Below are positions 39,794 through 52,344 of a DNA stretch of 64,000 bases, piece after piece. Under the pieces are notes generated by a model that worked only from the letters and a program-made list of their open reading frames with translations, ran no database searches and was not told where the DNA came from. The stretch spans positions 2,467 through 66,466 of the forward strand of contig CAYMVA010000020.1 in the NCBI GenBank assembly GCA_964393745.1. Direction: 5' to 3'. The translations under genes were made by a program, and so were the position numbers. Numbering within the stretch: position 1 is the stretch's first letter; every line of letters starts with the position of its first letter. Origin of the DNA: an uncultured Enterobacteriaceae bacterium (lineage in GTDB: Bacteria; Pseudomonadota; Gammaproteobacteria; Burkholderiales; SG8-39).

Positions 39794-39950
39794 GCGGTCT
39801 CCTCTGCGACCCCGCTACGCTACCAGAACTTCGCTAGCCGGAGACTTTCGGCTCGGCGACGCCGTGCTTGCCACGCAGCCGCGCAGCCAGCGCCTCGGCT
39901 TTGGATGTGCAGCTGTTTATAATTTGAAGCTTGTGCCAACTCCGTCACCC

Positions 39951-42518
<2,568 letters not shown>

Positions 42519-42580
42519 GCGCCAAAAACGTCGTTCCCGCGAAAGGCCTGCCCTCGACTCGATCGGGGGCGGGAATCCAG

Positions 42581-43114
42581 ATGGGTCCCCGCCTCCGCGG
42601 GGACGGCGAGCACTCGCGAGCGGGCGTACGGCTTGCCCTGCTCGCCGCCTGTGCGCTCGCGCTCGCCGCGTGCGGGTTCCAGTTGCGCGGCGCTGCCGAG
42701 TTGCCGTTCGAGACGCTGTACGTCCCGGCCACCGCCGGCATCGGCCTGGACATCAAGCGCAGCATCCGCACCGGCAGCAGCACGCAGGTGGTGGACGACC
42801 CGAAGGCGGCGCAGGCGGTGCTCGAGTTCACGCAGGAGACGCGCGAGAAGATCATCCTGTCGATCACCAGCGCCGGGCGCGTGAACGAGTTCGAGCTGCG
42901 CTACCGCGTCGGCTTCCGGGTGCACGACGGCAAGGGCGGCGAATTCCTGCCGGCGAGCACGCTGCAGCTGGCGCGCGCCATCACCTTCAACGACTCGATC
43001 ATCCTGGCGAAGGAAGCCGAGGAGCAGCAGCTGTACCGCGACATGCAGTTCGACATGCTGCAGCTCATCATGCGGCGCCTGGCGGCGGCTCAGAAGCCCA
43101 AGCCGACTCCCTGA
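42581..43114 (+). CDS. lptE: LPS-assembly lipoprotein LptE
   Basis: Lipobox LALAAC-G followed by FQLRG and an LptE-like body. The start is uncertain: ATG 42581 or ATG 42515. There is no ATG/GTG/TTG between 42605 and the lipobox. Confidence 0.75.
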   Translation: MGPRLRGDGEHSRAGVRLALLAACALALAACGFQLRGAAELPFETLYVPATAGIGLDIKRSIRTGSSTQVVDDPKAAQAVLEFTQETREKIILSITSAGRVNEFELRYRVGFRVHDGKGGEFLPASTLQLARAITFNDSIILAKEAEEQQLYRDMQFDMLQLIMRRLAAAQKPKPTP

Positions 43115-43115
43115 C

Positions 43116-44144
43116 GTGCAGATTCGCGCCGAGCAGCTCGCAGCGCAACTCGCGAAGTCATTGGCTCCGCTCTACACCCTGCACGGCGACGAGCCGCTGC
43201 TCGCGCTCGAGGCGGCGGATGCGATACGCGCCGCCGCGCGCCGCGGCGGCTGCGAGGAGCGCGAGGTATTCGTCGCCGAGCGCGGCTTCGAGTGGGCGAG
43301 CCTGGCGCACGCCGCCGCCAGCAGGTCGCTGTTCGGCGGCCGCAAGCTAATCGAGCTGCGCATCCCCTCGGGCCGGCCCGGCACCGAGGGCGCGGCGGCG
43401 ATCGCGCGCTACTGCGAAAAGCACGCGCCCGAAGACGTCACCTTGGTCAGCCTGCCGCGGCTGCGCAAGGACGAGCAGTCCGCCGGCTGGTTCCAGGCGC
43501 TAGCCGGCGCCGGCCACGTGGTGGACATCTATGCGGTGGAGCGCGCCAAGCTGCCGGAGTGGATCGGGACGCGGCTCGCGCGCCAGCGCCAGAATGCGCC
43601 GCGCGAGGTGCTCGAATTCCTCGCCGATCGCGTAGAAGGCAACCTGCTCGCGGCGCACCAGGAAGTGCAGAAGCTGGCGCTGCTCGCGCCCGAGGGCGAG
43701 CTGGCGCTCGGCGACGTCGAACAGGCGGTGGCGAACGTCGCGCGCTACGACGCCGGCGACTGCGCCGACGCGCTCACCGTGGGCGACCTGGCGCGCTACA
43801 CGCGGGTGCTCGAAGGCCTGCGCGGCGAAGGCGAGCCGCCCACACTGATCCTGTGGAAGATCGCCGAGGAACTGCGCGCCATCGTGCGCATCCAGGAAGG
43901 GCTCGCCGCCGGCCGGCCGGCAGAGCAGCTGCTGCGCGAGAACCGCGTCTGGGGCCCGCGCCAGGCGCCGGTGCGCGCCGCCGCCAGGCGCCACGCGCGC
44001 GCGGCGCTCAAGCGCGCGCTCGCGCACGCGGCGAAAATCGACCGCGTCATCAAGGGCGTGGCACCGGGCGACGCCTGGGATGAATTCCTGCGTCTGGGTT
44101 TAAAATTCCTGCATGGAACCGAGAGCGCACGACAAGTCGGTTGA
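43116..44144 (+). CDS. holA: DNA polymerase III delta subunit
   Basis: 342 aa from a GTG start. HolA pattern ([24 protein letters not shown]) and the conserved leuS-lptE-holA order. Confidence 0.88.
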   Translation: MQIRAEQLAAQLAKSLAPLYTLHGDEPLLALEAADAIRAAARRGGCEEREVFVAERGFEWASLAHAAASRSLFGGRKLIELRIPSGRPGTEGAAAIARYCEKHAPEDVTLVSLPRLRKDEQSAGWFQALAGAGHVVDIYAVERAKLPEWIGTRLARQRQNAPREVLEFLADRVEGNLLAAHQEVQKLALLAPEGELALGDVEQAVANVARYDAGDCADALTVGDLARYTRVLEGLRGEGEPPTLILWKIAEELRAIVRIQEGLAAGRPAEQLLRENRVWGPRQAPVRAAARRHARAALKRALAHAAKIDRVIKGVAPGDAWDEFLRLGLKFLHGTESARQVG

Positions 44145-45396
44145 CGTGCGCGCGTACATGCGCGAGCTGGGCCGCTCTGCGCGCGCCGCGGCGCGCGTGC
44201 TGGCGCGCGCCGGCACCGAGGCGAAGAACCGCGCGCTCGCCGCAATGGCGTCCGAGATTCGCTCGCACGCCGCCGACCTGATCGAGGCGAACCGCGCCGA
44301 CGTCGAGCAGGCGGCAAAGGACTGTCTGGACGCGGCGTTCATCGACCGCCTGACGCTCACCCCGGACACCATCGAGCAGATGGCGGCGGGCCTGGAGCAG
44401 GTCGCAGCGCTGCCCGATCCGGTGGGAATCATCTCGGAGCTCCGCCGGCGCCCCAGCGGCATCGAGGTCGGCCGCATGCGCGTGCCGCTCGGCGTCATCG
44501 GCATCATCTACGAGTCGCGCCCCAACGTGACCGCGGACGCGGCGGGCCTGTGCCTCAAGGCGGGCAACGCCTGCATCCTGCGCGGCGGCTCCGAGGCGTT
44601 GCATTCCAACCAGGCGATCGCGGCCTGCGTGCGCGCCGGCCTCAAGGCGGCGGGCCTGCCCGAGACCGCGGTGCAGGTGGTCGCCACCGTCGACCGTGCT
44701 GCGGTGGGCGAGCTGATCGCCATGCCCGAGTACGTGGACATCATCGTGCCGCGCGGCGGCAAGGAATTGATCGCGCGCCTGGCGCGCGAGTCGCGCATCC
44801 CGATGATCAAGCACCTCGACGGCGTGTGCCACGTCTACGTGGACGACCGCGCCGACGCGGAGATGGCGCTGCGCATTGCCGACAACGCCAAGACGCAGCG
44901 CTACGCCACCTGCAACACCATGGAGACGCTGCTGGTCGCGGAGGCGATCGCGCCCAAGGTGCTGCCGCGGATCGCCGCGATTTACCGCGCCAAGGGCGTC
45001 GAGATGCGCGCCGACGCGGCGGCGCGCGCGCTGATCGCGGAGGCGAAGCCGGCGAGCGAGCAGGACTACCGCACCGAGTGGCTGGCGCCGGTGGTCTCGA
45101 TCCGGGTGGTCAAGGGGCTGGACGAGGCCATCGAGCACATCGCCAGCTACGGCTCGCAGCACACCGACGCCATCGTCACCGAGGACCGCGCGCGCGCCGA
45201 GCGCTTCCTGCGCGAAGTGGATTCGAGCTCGGTGATGGTGAACGCCTCGACGCGCTTCGCCGACGGCTACGAATACGGCCTGGGGGCCGAGATCGGCATC
45301 TCGACCGACAAGCTGCACGCGCGCGGCCCAGTCGGGCTGGAGGGCCTCACGACGCAGAAATTCGTGGTGCTCGGGCACGGAGAAGTGCGCAGCTGA
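44113..45396 (+). CDS. proA: Glutamate-5-semialdehyde dehydrogenase
   Basis: 427 aa with catalytic-Cys context ([12 protein letters not shown]) and IYESRPNVT. Confidence 0.92.
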   Translation: MEPRAHDKSVDVRAYMRELGRSARAAARVLARAGTEAKNRALAAMASEIRSHAADLIEANRADVEQAAKDCLDAAFIDRLTLTPDTIEQMAAGLEQVAALPDPVGIISELRRRPSGIEVGRMRVPLGVIGIIYESRPNVTADAAGLCLKAGNACILRGGSEALHSNQAIAACVRAGLKAAGLPETAVQVVATVDRAAVGELIAMPEYVDIIVPRGGKELIARLARESRIPMIKHLDGVCHVYVDDRADAEMALRIADNAKTQRYATCNTMETLLVAEAIAPKVLPRIAAIYRAKGVEMRADAAARALIAEAKPASEQDYRTEWLAPVVSIRVVKGLDEAIEHIASYGSQHTDAIVTEDRARAERFLREVDSSSVMVNASTRFADGYEYGLGAEIGISTDKLHARGPVGLEGLTTQKFVVLGHGEVRS

Positions 45397-45992
45397 TGGG
45401 CGCAGCGCCCATTGCCATCCTCGGCGGCACTTTCGATCCGGTCCACAACGCACACCTCGCGATCGCAAGGCGCGCGCTCGAGGCGCTCGGCGCGGCGCGC
45501 GTGCTTTGGCTGCCGACCGGCAACCCGCGCTACCGCAAGCCCGCGGTGGCGGGCGCCCGCGACCGCATCGCCATGCTCAGGCTCGCCATCGCCGGCGAGC
45601 CGCGCTGGGCGATCGACGAGCGCGAGCTCGCCCCCGGCGCGAGCGCCTACGCTTTCGACACGCTCAAGGCGCTGCGCGCCGAGATCGGCGCCGACACGCC
45701 GCTGGTGATGCTGATCGGCTCGGACCAATACGCCAGGCTCGATACCTGGCACCGCTGGCGGGAGCTGTTCGGCCTGGTGCGCTTTGCGGTGTTCGCGCGT
45801 CCCGTGGCGGGTGCCGCGGCGGCGGCCGGCCCGGCGGGCGTGCCCGAGGGCGGCGTGCTCCACGTGCCGTTCGAGCCGCTCGCCATCTCGGCGAGCGAGC
45901 TGCGCGGGCGCATCGGCCGAGGCGAGGATGTGTCGGCTCTGCTGCCGGCGCCGGTGTTCGCCTACATCCGCGAGCACGGGTTGTACCGCTGA
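45396..45992 (+). CDS. nadD: Nicotinate-nucleotide adenylyltransferase
   Basis: 198 aa from ATG 45396 with the GGTFDPVHNAH motif. The start overlaps the proA stop (TGATG). Confidence 0.9.
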   Translation: MGAAPIAILGGTFDPVHNAHLAIARRALEALGAARVLWLPTGNPRYRKPAVAGARDRIAMLRLAIAGEPRWAIDERELAPGASAYAFDTLKALRAEIGADTPLVMLIGSDQYARLDTWHRWRELFGLVRFAVFARPVAGAAAAAGPAGVPEGGVLHVPFEPLAISASELRGRIGRGEDVSALLPAPVFAYIREHGLYR

Positions 45993-46393
45993 TGGACATC
46001 CGCAAGAAGCAGCGCGCAGTGGTGCAGGCCCTCGAGGACGTCAAGGGCCGCGACATCGTGGTGTTCAACGTCGCCCGCCACGCCTCGATCTTCGAGCGCG
46101 TGGTGATTGCGAGCGGCGACTCGACGCGGCAGGTGAACGCGCTCGCCGGCAGCGTGCAGGATCGCGCCAGGGCGATCGGTGCCAGGATCTATGGCGTAGA
46201 GGGCCGCAGGAACGGCGAGTGGGTGCTGGTGGACCTCGGCGACATCGTGGTGCACATCATGCATCCAGCGGTGCGCAGCCACTACAACCTGGAGGAGCTC
46301 TGGGGCGGCAAGGAAGTGAAGCTGAAGCGCGCCGCAGTGGCAGCGTCGCGGTCCTCGCATGGCAAAGCTGCACGTCGTCGCGCTCGGCGCTAG
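45992..46393 (+). CDS. rsfS: Ribosome silencing factor
   Basis: 133 aa (ALEDVKGRDIVVFNV..., WVLVDLGDIVVHIM, YNLEELW) with a basic C-terminal tail overlapping rlmH. Confidence 0.88.
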   Translation: MDIRKKQRAVVQALEDVKGRDIVVFNVARHASIFERVVIASGDSTRQVNALAGSVQDRARAIGARIYGVEGRRNGEWVLVDLGDIVVHIMHPAVRSHYNLEELWGGKEVKLKRAAVAASRSSHGKAARRRARR

Positions 46394-46757
46394 GCTGCGC
46401 GGCTGGGCCGCCGCGGCGCGCGAGGATTACCTGCGCCGCATGCCGCGCGGCTACGAGGTGGCGCTCGCACCGCGGCCGCCGCGCGGCGCGCGCGTGGTGG
46501 CGCTGGATGAGCGCGGGCGGGAGTTCACCACCCGGCAGTTCGCCGCGCAACTCGCGCGCTGGCTCGCGGAGCCTGCGCCGCTGGCATTCGTGATCGGCGG
46601 CCCCGACGGCCTGGACGAGAAGCTCAGGCGCGACGCCGCGCAGCTGATGCGGCTCTCGGCGCTCACGCTGCCGCACGCGCTCGCCGAGGTGGTGCTCGTA
46701 GAGCAGCTCTACCGCGCCGCGACCCTGCTCACCGGCCACCCGTACCACCGGGACTAG
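46359..46757 (+). CDS. rlmH: 23S rRNA (pseudouridine1915-N3)-methyltransferase, unusually short
   Basis: 132 aa. The C-terminal SPOUT core is conserved (FVIGGPDGL, LSALTLPHAL, EQLYRA, GHPYHR). It is about 20 aa shorter than E. coli RlmH in the region after residue about 30. Confidence 0.85.
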   Translation: MAKLHVVALGARLRGWAAAAREDYLRRMPRGYEVALAPRPPRGARVVALDERGREFTTRQFAAQLARWLAEPAPLAFVIGGPDGLDEKLRRDAAQLMRLSALTLPHALAEVVLVEQLYRAATLLTGHPYHRD

Positions 46758-46786
46758 CCCGGGCTTTGCTACACTCGCGCGCTCCC

Positions 46787-47422
46787 ATGGCGCCGATCGA
46801 CCGCAGCATTTATCTCGCCTCCCGCAGCCCGCGCCGTCGCGAGCTGCTCGCGCATATCGGGGTCAAGTTCCACCTGCTGCTGTTCCGCGACCGGCCCGAG
46901 TCCGACCCCGAAGTCGTAGAGGAGCCGAAGCCCGGGGAGCCGCCGGGCGATTACGTGTTGCGCCTGGCGCGTGCCAAGGCCGAAGCCGGCTGGCGGCGAC
47001 TGGTGCAGCGCAACCTGCCGCGCGCGCCGGTGCTCGCGGCAGACACCACGGTGGCGCTTGGCGGGCGCATTTTCGGCAAGCCCGCCGACCGCCGCGAGGC
47101 TGCCGAGATGCTCGCCGCGCTCTCCGGCCAGCGCCACGAGGTGCTCACCGCGGTGGCGCTCAAGTTCGAGGAGCGGCTGGAGACTGCGGTTTCGGTCTCG
47201 GAGGTGCAGTTCCGCACGCTCGCGCCCGAGGAGATCCGCGACTACGTCGCCAGCGGCGAGTGCGACGACAAGGCGGGCGCCTACGCCATCCAGGGCCGGG
47301 CGGCGAAATTCGTCGCCGAGCTCCGCGGCAGCCATTCCGGCATCGTCGGCCTGCCGCTGTTCGAGACCGCGCAGCTGCTCGACCGGCTGGAAGCGCTCCG
47401 TGACCGAAGAAGTCCTCGTTAA
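46787..47422 (+). CDS. maf: Maf-family nucleoside triphosphate pyrophosphatase
   Basis: 211 aa from ATG 46787 (alternative TTG 46766), with LASRSPRRRELL, AADTTV and KAGAYAIQG. Confidence 0.88.
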   Translation: MAPIDRSIYLASRSPRRRELLAHIGVKFHLLLFRDRPESDPEVVEEPKPGEPPGDYVLRLARAKAEAGWRRLVQRNLPRAPVLAADTTVALGGRIFGKPADRREAAEMLAALSGQRHEVLTAVALKFEERLETAVSVSEVQFRTLAPEEIRDYVASGECDDKAGAYAIQGRAAKFVAELRGSHSGIVGLPLFETAQLLDRLEALRDRRSPR

Positions 47423-48878
47423 CGTCACGCCGCAGGAAACGCGCGTCGCAGTGCTCGGCGCGGGGCAGGTGCAGGAGCTGCTCATCGAGCGCAGCGCGAG
47501 CCGCGGGCTGGTGGGCAACATCTACATGGGGCGCGTGGCGCGCGTGCTGCCCGGAATGCAGTCCGCCTTCATCGAAGTCGGGCTGGAGCGCGCTGCGTTC
47601 CTGCACGTGGCCGACATCTGGGAGTTGCGCCGCCACGGCTCCGCCAACGGCGGCAACAACCACGCCGCCGCCAAGCCGATCGAGCGCGTCCTCGCCGAAG
47701 GCCAGCCGGTGCTGGTGCAGGTGCTCAAGGATCCGCTCGGCACCAAGGGCGCGCGGCTGACCACCCAGATCTCGCTCGCCGGCCGGCTGCTGGTGTACCT
47801 GCCGCACGACCCGCACATCGGCATCTCGCAGCGCATCGAGGACGAGGCCGGGCGGGCGCAGCTGCGCGATAAGCTCAAGGAGCTGCTGCCGGCCGACGAG
47901 AAAGGCGGCTTCATCCTGCGCACCCAGGCCGAGGGCGCGGCCGAGGACGAGCTGCGCGCCGACATCGAGTATTTGCGCAGCCTGTGGCGTGACATCCGCG
48001 AGCGCTCGCTGGGCGCGCAGCCCGCGGCGCTCATCCACCAGGACCTGTCGCTGGCGCAGCGCGTGCTGCGCGACATGGTCTCTGGCGAGACCGCGCGCGT
48101 GATCGTGGACTCGCGCGAGAACTTCCAGAAGCTCGATGCCTTCGCCGCCGCCTACATGCCGCGGCTGCGCGGCAAGCTCGAGCACTACACCGGCGAGCGG
48201 CCGCTGTTCGAGCTGCACAACGTCGAGACCGAGATCGAGAAGGCGCTGGCGCGCCGCGTGGCGCTGAAATCGGGCGGCACCCTGGTGATCGACCAGACCG
48301 AGGCCATGACCACGATCGACGTCAATACCGGCGGCTTCGTCGGCAGCCGCACCTTCGACGACACGGTCTTCAAGACCAACCTCGAGGCGGCGCAGGCGAT
48401 CGGCCGCCAGCTGCGGCTGCGCAACCTCGGCGGCATCATCGTGGTCGACTTCATCGACATGCAATCGGACGAGCACCGCGCGGCGGTGCTCGAGGAGCTG
48501 AAGCGCGCCCTGGCGCGCGATCGCACCCGCGTCACCGTCAACGGCTTCACTGCGCTGGGGCTGGTGGAGATCACGCGCAAGCGCACCCGCGAATCGCTCG
48601 CCCACGTGCTGTGCGAGGCCTGCCCGACCTGCGGCGGGCGCGGCGAGGTGAAGACCGCGCGCACCGTGTGCTACGAGGTCCTGCGCGAGGTGCTGCGCGA
48701 GGCGCGCGCCTTCCACGCCAAGGAATTCCGCGTGCTCGCCTCGCAGCCGGTGTGCGACCTGTTCCTCGAGGAGGAATCGCCGGCGCTCGCCATGCTGTCG
48801 GATTTCATCGGCAAGCCGGTGTCGATGCAGGTCGAGACCAGCTACACCCAGGAGCAGTTCGACATCGTCCTGATGTAA
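47400..48878 (+). CDS. rng: Ribonuclease G
   Basis: 492 aa from GTG 47400. S1 domain (GNIYMGRVARVLPGMQSAFIEVG) and RNase E/G catalytic core (IDVNTGGF). Overlaps the maf end. Confidence 0.9.
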   Translation: MTEEVLVNVTPQETRVAVLGAGQVQELLIERSASRGLVGNIYMGRVARVLPGMQSAFIEVGLERAAFLHVADIWELRRHGSANGGNNHAAAKPIERVLAEGQPVLVQVLKDPLGTKGARLTTQISLAGRLLVYLPHDPHIGISQRIEDEAGRAQLRDKLKELLPADEKGGFILRTQAEGAAEDELRADIEYLRSLWRDIRERSLGAQPAALIHQDLSLAQRVLRDMVSGETARVIVDSRENFQKLDAFAAAYMPRLRGKLEHYTGERPLFELHNVETEIEKALARRVALKSGGTLVIDQTEAMTTIDVNTGGFVGSRTFDDTVFKTNLEAAQAIGRQLRLRNLGGIIVVDFIDMQSDEHRAAVLEELKRALARDRTRVTVNGFTALGLVEITRKRTRESLAHVLCEACPTCGGRGEVKTARTVCYEVLREVLREARAFHAKEFRVLASQPVCDLFLEEESPALAMLSDFIGKPVSMQVETSYTQEQFDIVLM

Positions 48879-48890
48879 CCGGGAACCCTG

Positions 48891-50315
48891 ATGAGCGCCG
48901 AAATCTGTTTCACCGGCGCGCGCAAGCTCGCGCGCCTGATCCGCAGCCGCAAGCTCTCGGCCACGGAAGCGATGCGCGCGTTCATCGCGCAAATCGAGCG
49001 CCTCAACCCGAAGCTGAACGCGATCGTCACCTTCCTGCCCGAGCGCGCGCTGGCGGAGGCGAAGAAGCTCGACCGGTTGCTGGCGCGCCGCGGCGCGAAG
49101 GCGGCGCCGCTCGCGGGGCTGCCGATCGCCTACAAGGACAATGTCGCGACCAAGGGCATCCGCACCACTTCCGGCTCGCCGATCTACCGCGATCATGTGC
49201 CCTCCGAGGATCACCTCATCGTCGAGCGGCTGCGCGCCGCCGGCGCGATCACGCTCGGCAAAACCAACCTGCCCGAGTTCGCCGCCGGCAGCCACACCTT
49301 CAACGCGGTGTTCGGCGCGACACTCAATCCCTACGACCCGCGCAAGACCTGCGGCGGCTCCTCGGGCGGCGCGGCGGTGGCGGTCGCCTGCGGCATGCTG
49401 CCATTCGCCGACGGCGGCGATCTTGCCGCTTCGCTGCGCAATCCGGGCAACTACTGCAACGTGGTCGGCTTCAGGCCATCGCCCGGGCGCGTGCCGAGCT
49501 GGCCGGCGCCGAATGCCTGGGACTCGCTCGGTGTGCTCGGCCCCATTGGGCGCACGGTCGACGACACGGCTTTCCTCTTGTCGGCGATGGCGGGTCCGGA
49601 CGCGCGCGCACCGACGTCGATCGCGGAGCCGGGCACGCTCTTCGGCCGGCCGCTCGGGCGCAGCTTCCGCAAGGCGAGGATCGCCTGGTCGGCCGATTTC
49701 GGCGGCCTGCCGATGGATGCGCGCGTGACCAAGGCGCTGCAGCCGCAGCGCAAGGTGCTCGAGTCGCTCGGCTGCGTGGTCGAGGACGCACAGCCCGACT
49801 TCGCCGGCGCCACCGAGGCGTTTGAGACGCTGCGCGCCGTGCGCTTCGCGCAGGGCTACGGCGCGCTGCTGCGCTCGCACCGCGACCAGCTCAAGGCCTC
49901 GATCATCTGGAACATCGAGCAGGGGCTGGCGCTCGACGGCGCGCAGGTGGCGCGCGCCGAAGCGCTGCGCACGGAGCTGTTCCACCGCATGCGGCGTTTT
50001 CTGGAGCGCTACGATTTCCTGGTCGGCCCGGTCAATCAGCTGCCGCCGTTCGCGGTCGACATCGAGTATCCCGCCGAAATCGCCGGGGCGAAGATGCACA
50101 ACTATCTCGACTGGATGAAGAGCTGCTACTACATCACGATCACCGGCCATCCCGCGATCTCGGTGCCGGCGGGCTTCACCGGCGACACACCGCCGCTGCC
50201 GGTGGGCCTGCAGATCGTGGGGCGCTACCGGGACGATTTCGGCGTGCTGCAGCTGGCGCACGCTTTCGAGCAGGCGACCGGCTCCTGGAAGCGCCGCCCG
50301 CCGCTCGCGGCGTAG
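48891..50315 (+). CDS. Amidase-signature family amidase
   Basis: 474 aa with the AS signature GGSSGGAAVAVA and a KDN...T motif. Confidence 0.88.
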   Translation: MSAEICFTGARKLARLIRSRKLSATEAMRAFIAQIERLNPKLNAIVTFLPERALAEAKKLDRLLARRGAKAAPLAGLPIAYKDNVATKGIRTTSGSPIYRDHVPSEDHLIVERLRAAGAITLGKTNLPEFAAGSHTFNAVFGATLNPYDPRKTCGGSSGGAAVAVACGMLPFADGGDLAASLRNPGNYCNVVGFRPSPGRVPSWPAPNAWDSLGVLGPIGRTVDDTAFLLSAMAGPDARAPTSIAEPGTLFGRPLGRSFRKARIAWSADFGGLPMDARVTKALQPQRKVLESLGCVVEDAQPDFAGATEAFETLRAVRFAQGYGALLRSHRDQLKASIIWNIEQGLALDGAQVARAEALRTELFHRMRRFLERYDFLVGPVNQLPPFAVDIEYPAEIAGAKMHNYLDWMKSCYYITITGHPAISVPAGFTGDTPPLPVGLQIVGRYRDDFGVLQLAHAFEQATGSWKRRPPLAA

Positions 50316-50385
50316 CGCATCCGATCGACCCGGACTGACGTAGCCTTTCGACCCCCCACCAACCACTACGAGCCAGGAGGAACCG

Positions 50386-51264
50386 ATGCTGGAGGAAAGA
50401 GGAAGAGAGACGCTGCACGACGCCGACATGAACAGCCTGGTGCCCGACGTGCGCGTCGACCGGCGCGGCTTCATCGCCGGCGTCATCGCCGCCGGATTCG
50501 CCGTCACTGCGGAACCGGTGCTGGCGCAGGCAATCAAGACGCCGATGGACGGCTTGGAAGGCGGCGACATCAAGATCGGCGACATCCCGGCGTACTACGC
50601 GGTGCCCAAGGGCAAGGGTAAGCGCCCGGTGGTGCTGGTGGTGGCCGAAATCTGGGGCGTGCATGAATACGTCAAGGACACCTGCCGGCGGCTCGCCAAG
50701 GCGGGCTACTTCGCGATCGCCAACGAGCCCTATTACCGCTTGGGCGAGTTGTGGAAGATGCCCGAGATTAAGCAGGTGCTCGCCGAAGCCAACAAGCTCG
50801 ACGACGCGACCGCGTTCACCGATCTGGACGCGACGCTCGCCTGGGCGGGGAAACACAAGAGCGCCAATGCCGCCAAGCTCGGCATCACCGGTTTCTGCCG
50901 CGGCGGCCGCATGGTGTGGATGTACACCGCGCACTCGAAAAAAGTCAAAGCGGGCGTGTCGTGGTACGGCCCCATGGGCACGACGCCGGCGCAGCCGCTC
51001 ACGCCTCTGGACATCGCCGACAAGTTGAACGCGCCGATCCTTGGGCTCTACGGCGGCGCCGATCAGGGCATCCCGGTGGTGATGGTCGAGCGCATGCGTG
51101 CCGCGCTGCTCGCCTTCGGCAAGGACAAGCAGTCCATGATCCACGTCTACGACGGCATGCCGCACGCCTTCCATGCCGACTACCGGCCGAGCTACCGCAA
51201 GGAAGCCGCCGAGGATGGCTGGAAGCGAATGCTCGCGTGGTTCAAGAAAAACGGCGTGGCGTGA
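50386..51264 (+). CDS. Dienelactone hydrolase family protein with Tat-type signal
   Basis: 292 aa with the twin-arginine motif DRRGFIAGV and a DLH nucleophile context (GITGFCRGG). The start may be the downstream Met at 50428. Confidence 0.82.
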   Translation: MLEERGRETLHDADMNSLVPDVRVDRRGFIAGVIAAGFAVTAEPVLAQAIKTPMDGLEGGDIKIGDIPAYYAVPKGKGKRPVVLVVAEIWGVHEYVKDTCRRLAKAGYFAIANEPYYRLGELWKMPEIKQVLAEANKLDDATAFTDLDATLAWAGKHKSANAAKLGITGFCRGGRMVWMYTAHSKKVKAGVSWYGPMGTTPAQPLTPLDIADKLNAPILGLYGGADQGIPVVMVERMRAALLAFGKDKQSMIHVYDGMPHAFHADYRPSYRKEAAEDGWKRMLAWFKKNGVA

Positions 51265-51305
51265 GTGAAAGGGGGGAGAGTCCCCCCTTCAGATCCCCCC
51301 TCAGT

Positions 51306-51336
51306 AAAAAGGGCGGCCATCGAGGCCGCCCTTTTT
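51306..51336. terminator. Bidirectional rho-independent terminator AAAAAGGGCGGCC-atcga-GGCCGCCCTTTTT
   Basis: 8-bp GC stem flanked by an A-run and a T-run, between the convergent DLH and Bug genes. Confidence 0.85.
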
Positions 51337-51372
51337 GCTTTCAAGGCAGCGCGCTCATCGCGCGCTATTTGC

Positions 51373-52344
51373 TCAATCCGCGTACTGGCCTGCCTTCTGG
51401 ATGATCGGTGCCCACTTGGCGAGCTCGGCCTTGAGGTGCGCGGTGAGCGCGGCCGGGGTCGCTTTGTCGAGCGGCACCACCTCGGCGCCGAGGTCTGCAA
51501 AGCGCTTCTTCACGGTGTCGTCCTTGAGCGCTTCCTGCAGCGCGGCGACGAGCTTGTCGATCGCCGGCTTGGGCGTGCCCTTGGGCGCGTAGAAAGCGTG
51601 CCAGATGCCGACCTCGAAGCCCTTGAGCCCGAGCTCGTCGAGCGTCGGGATGTCCGGCAGCGACGGCACGCGCTGCTTCGAGGTGACCGCGTACGCCTTC
51701 ACCTTGCCGCTCTTGATCTGGCTGGGGGTGTTGGTGGTCTGGTCGCACATGTAGTCGACCTGGCCGCCGAGCAGGTCGTTCATCGCCGGCGCGGTCCCCT
51801 TGTACGGTACCGTGAGCATGTCGGTCTGGATGGCGCTCATGAACAGCATGCCGCACAAGTGCGAGGCTGCGCCGATGCCCGCGTTGGCGTAAGTGACCTT
51901 GTCCTTGTTGGCCTTGATGTAGGCGAGGAACTCCTTGAAGTCCTTGGCGGGAAAATTCTGCCGCGCGATGATCGTCATCGGCACGTCGTTGATCAGGCCG
52001 ATGGGCTCGAAATCCTCCAGCGGCTTGTAGCGCAACTGCCGGTACAGCGCCGGCGTGGTCGCCATGCCGATGTGGTGGATGAGGATGGTGTAGCCGTCGG
52101 GCTTCGCGTTCTTGACCTGCTCGGGCCCGAGGATCCCTCCCGCGCTCGGCTTGTTCTCGATGATCAAGGTCTGGCCGAGAGGCTTGCCCATCGCCACGCC
52201 CATCACGCGGGCCACCGTGTCGGTCGGACCGCCCGCGGCATAGGGCACGACCATGGTGACGGGTCTGTTCGGGTACTGCGCTAGCGCGCTGCCCGAGAGC
52301 GCAGCCACGGCGATGAAAGTGGAAAGCTTCAATTGCTTCAACAT
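51373..52344 (-). CDS. Bug/TctC-family tripartite tricarboxylate transporter substrate-binding protein (orphan)
   Basis: 323 aa from ATG 52344 (MLKQLKLSTFIAVAALSGSALA...), with GGPTD, ENKPSAGG, YKGTAPA. Confidence 0.88.
   Translation of the reverse strand: MLKQLKLSTFIAVAALSGSALAQYPNRPVTMVVPYAAGGPTDTVARVMGVAMGKPLGQTLIIENKPSAGGILGPEQVKNAKPDGYTILIHHIGMATTPALYRQLRYKPLEDFEPIGLINDVPMTIIARQNFPAKDFKEFLAYIKANKDKVTYANAGIGAASHLCGMLFMSAIQTDMLTVPYKGTAPAMNDLLGGQVDYMCDQTTNTPSQIKSGKVKAYAVTSKQRVPSLPDIPTLDELGLKGFEVGIWHAFYAPKGTPKPAIDKLVAALQEALKDDTVKKRFADLGAEVVPLDKATPAALTAHLKAELAKWAPIIQKAGQYAD

Noticed and set aside
39282-39950. N-terminal 223-codon extension of the leuS ORF in the track
   Set aside because: The extension is antisense to the Bug/TctC gene and crosses the divergent intergenic region. 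LeuS homology begins exactly at ATG 39951 ([11 protein letters not shown]...).
39794-39950. Perfect TATAAT (39918-39923) upstream of leuS as a promoter
   Set aside because: No acceptable -35 element lies at 16-19 nt spacing (TTGGAT is only 11 nt away) and there is no exact extended -10. The evidence is too weak to annotate.
47160-50585. 1141-aa ORF on the minus strand, the longest in the six-frame track
   Set aside because: It runs antisense to two strongly recognisable plus-strand genes (RNase G and an amidase-signature amidase). Its product is Arg/Ala/Gly/Pro-rich low complexity with no motifs. This is a typical stop-codon-poor antisense frame in ~70% GC DNA.
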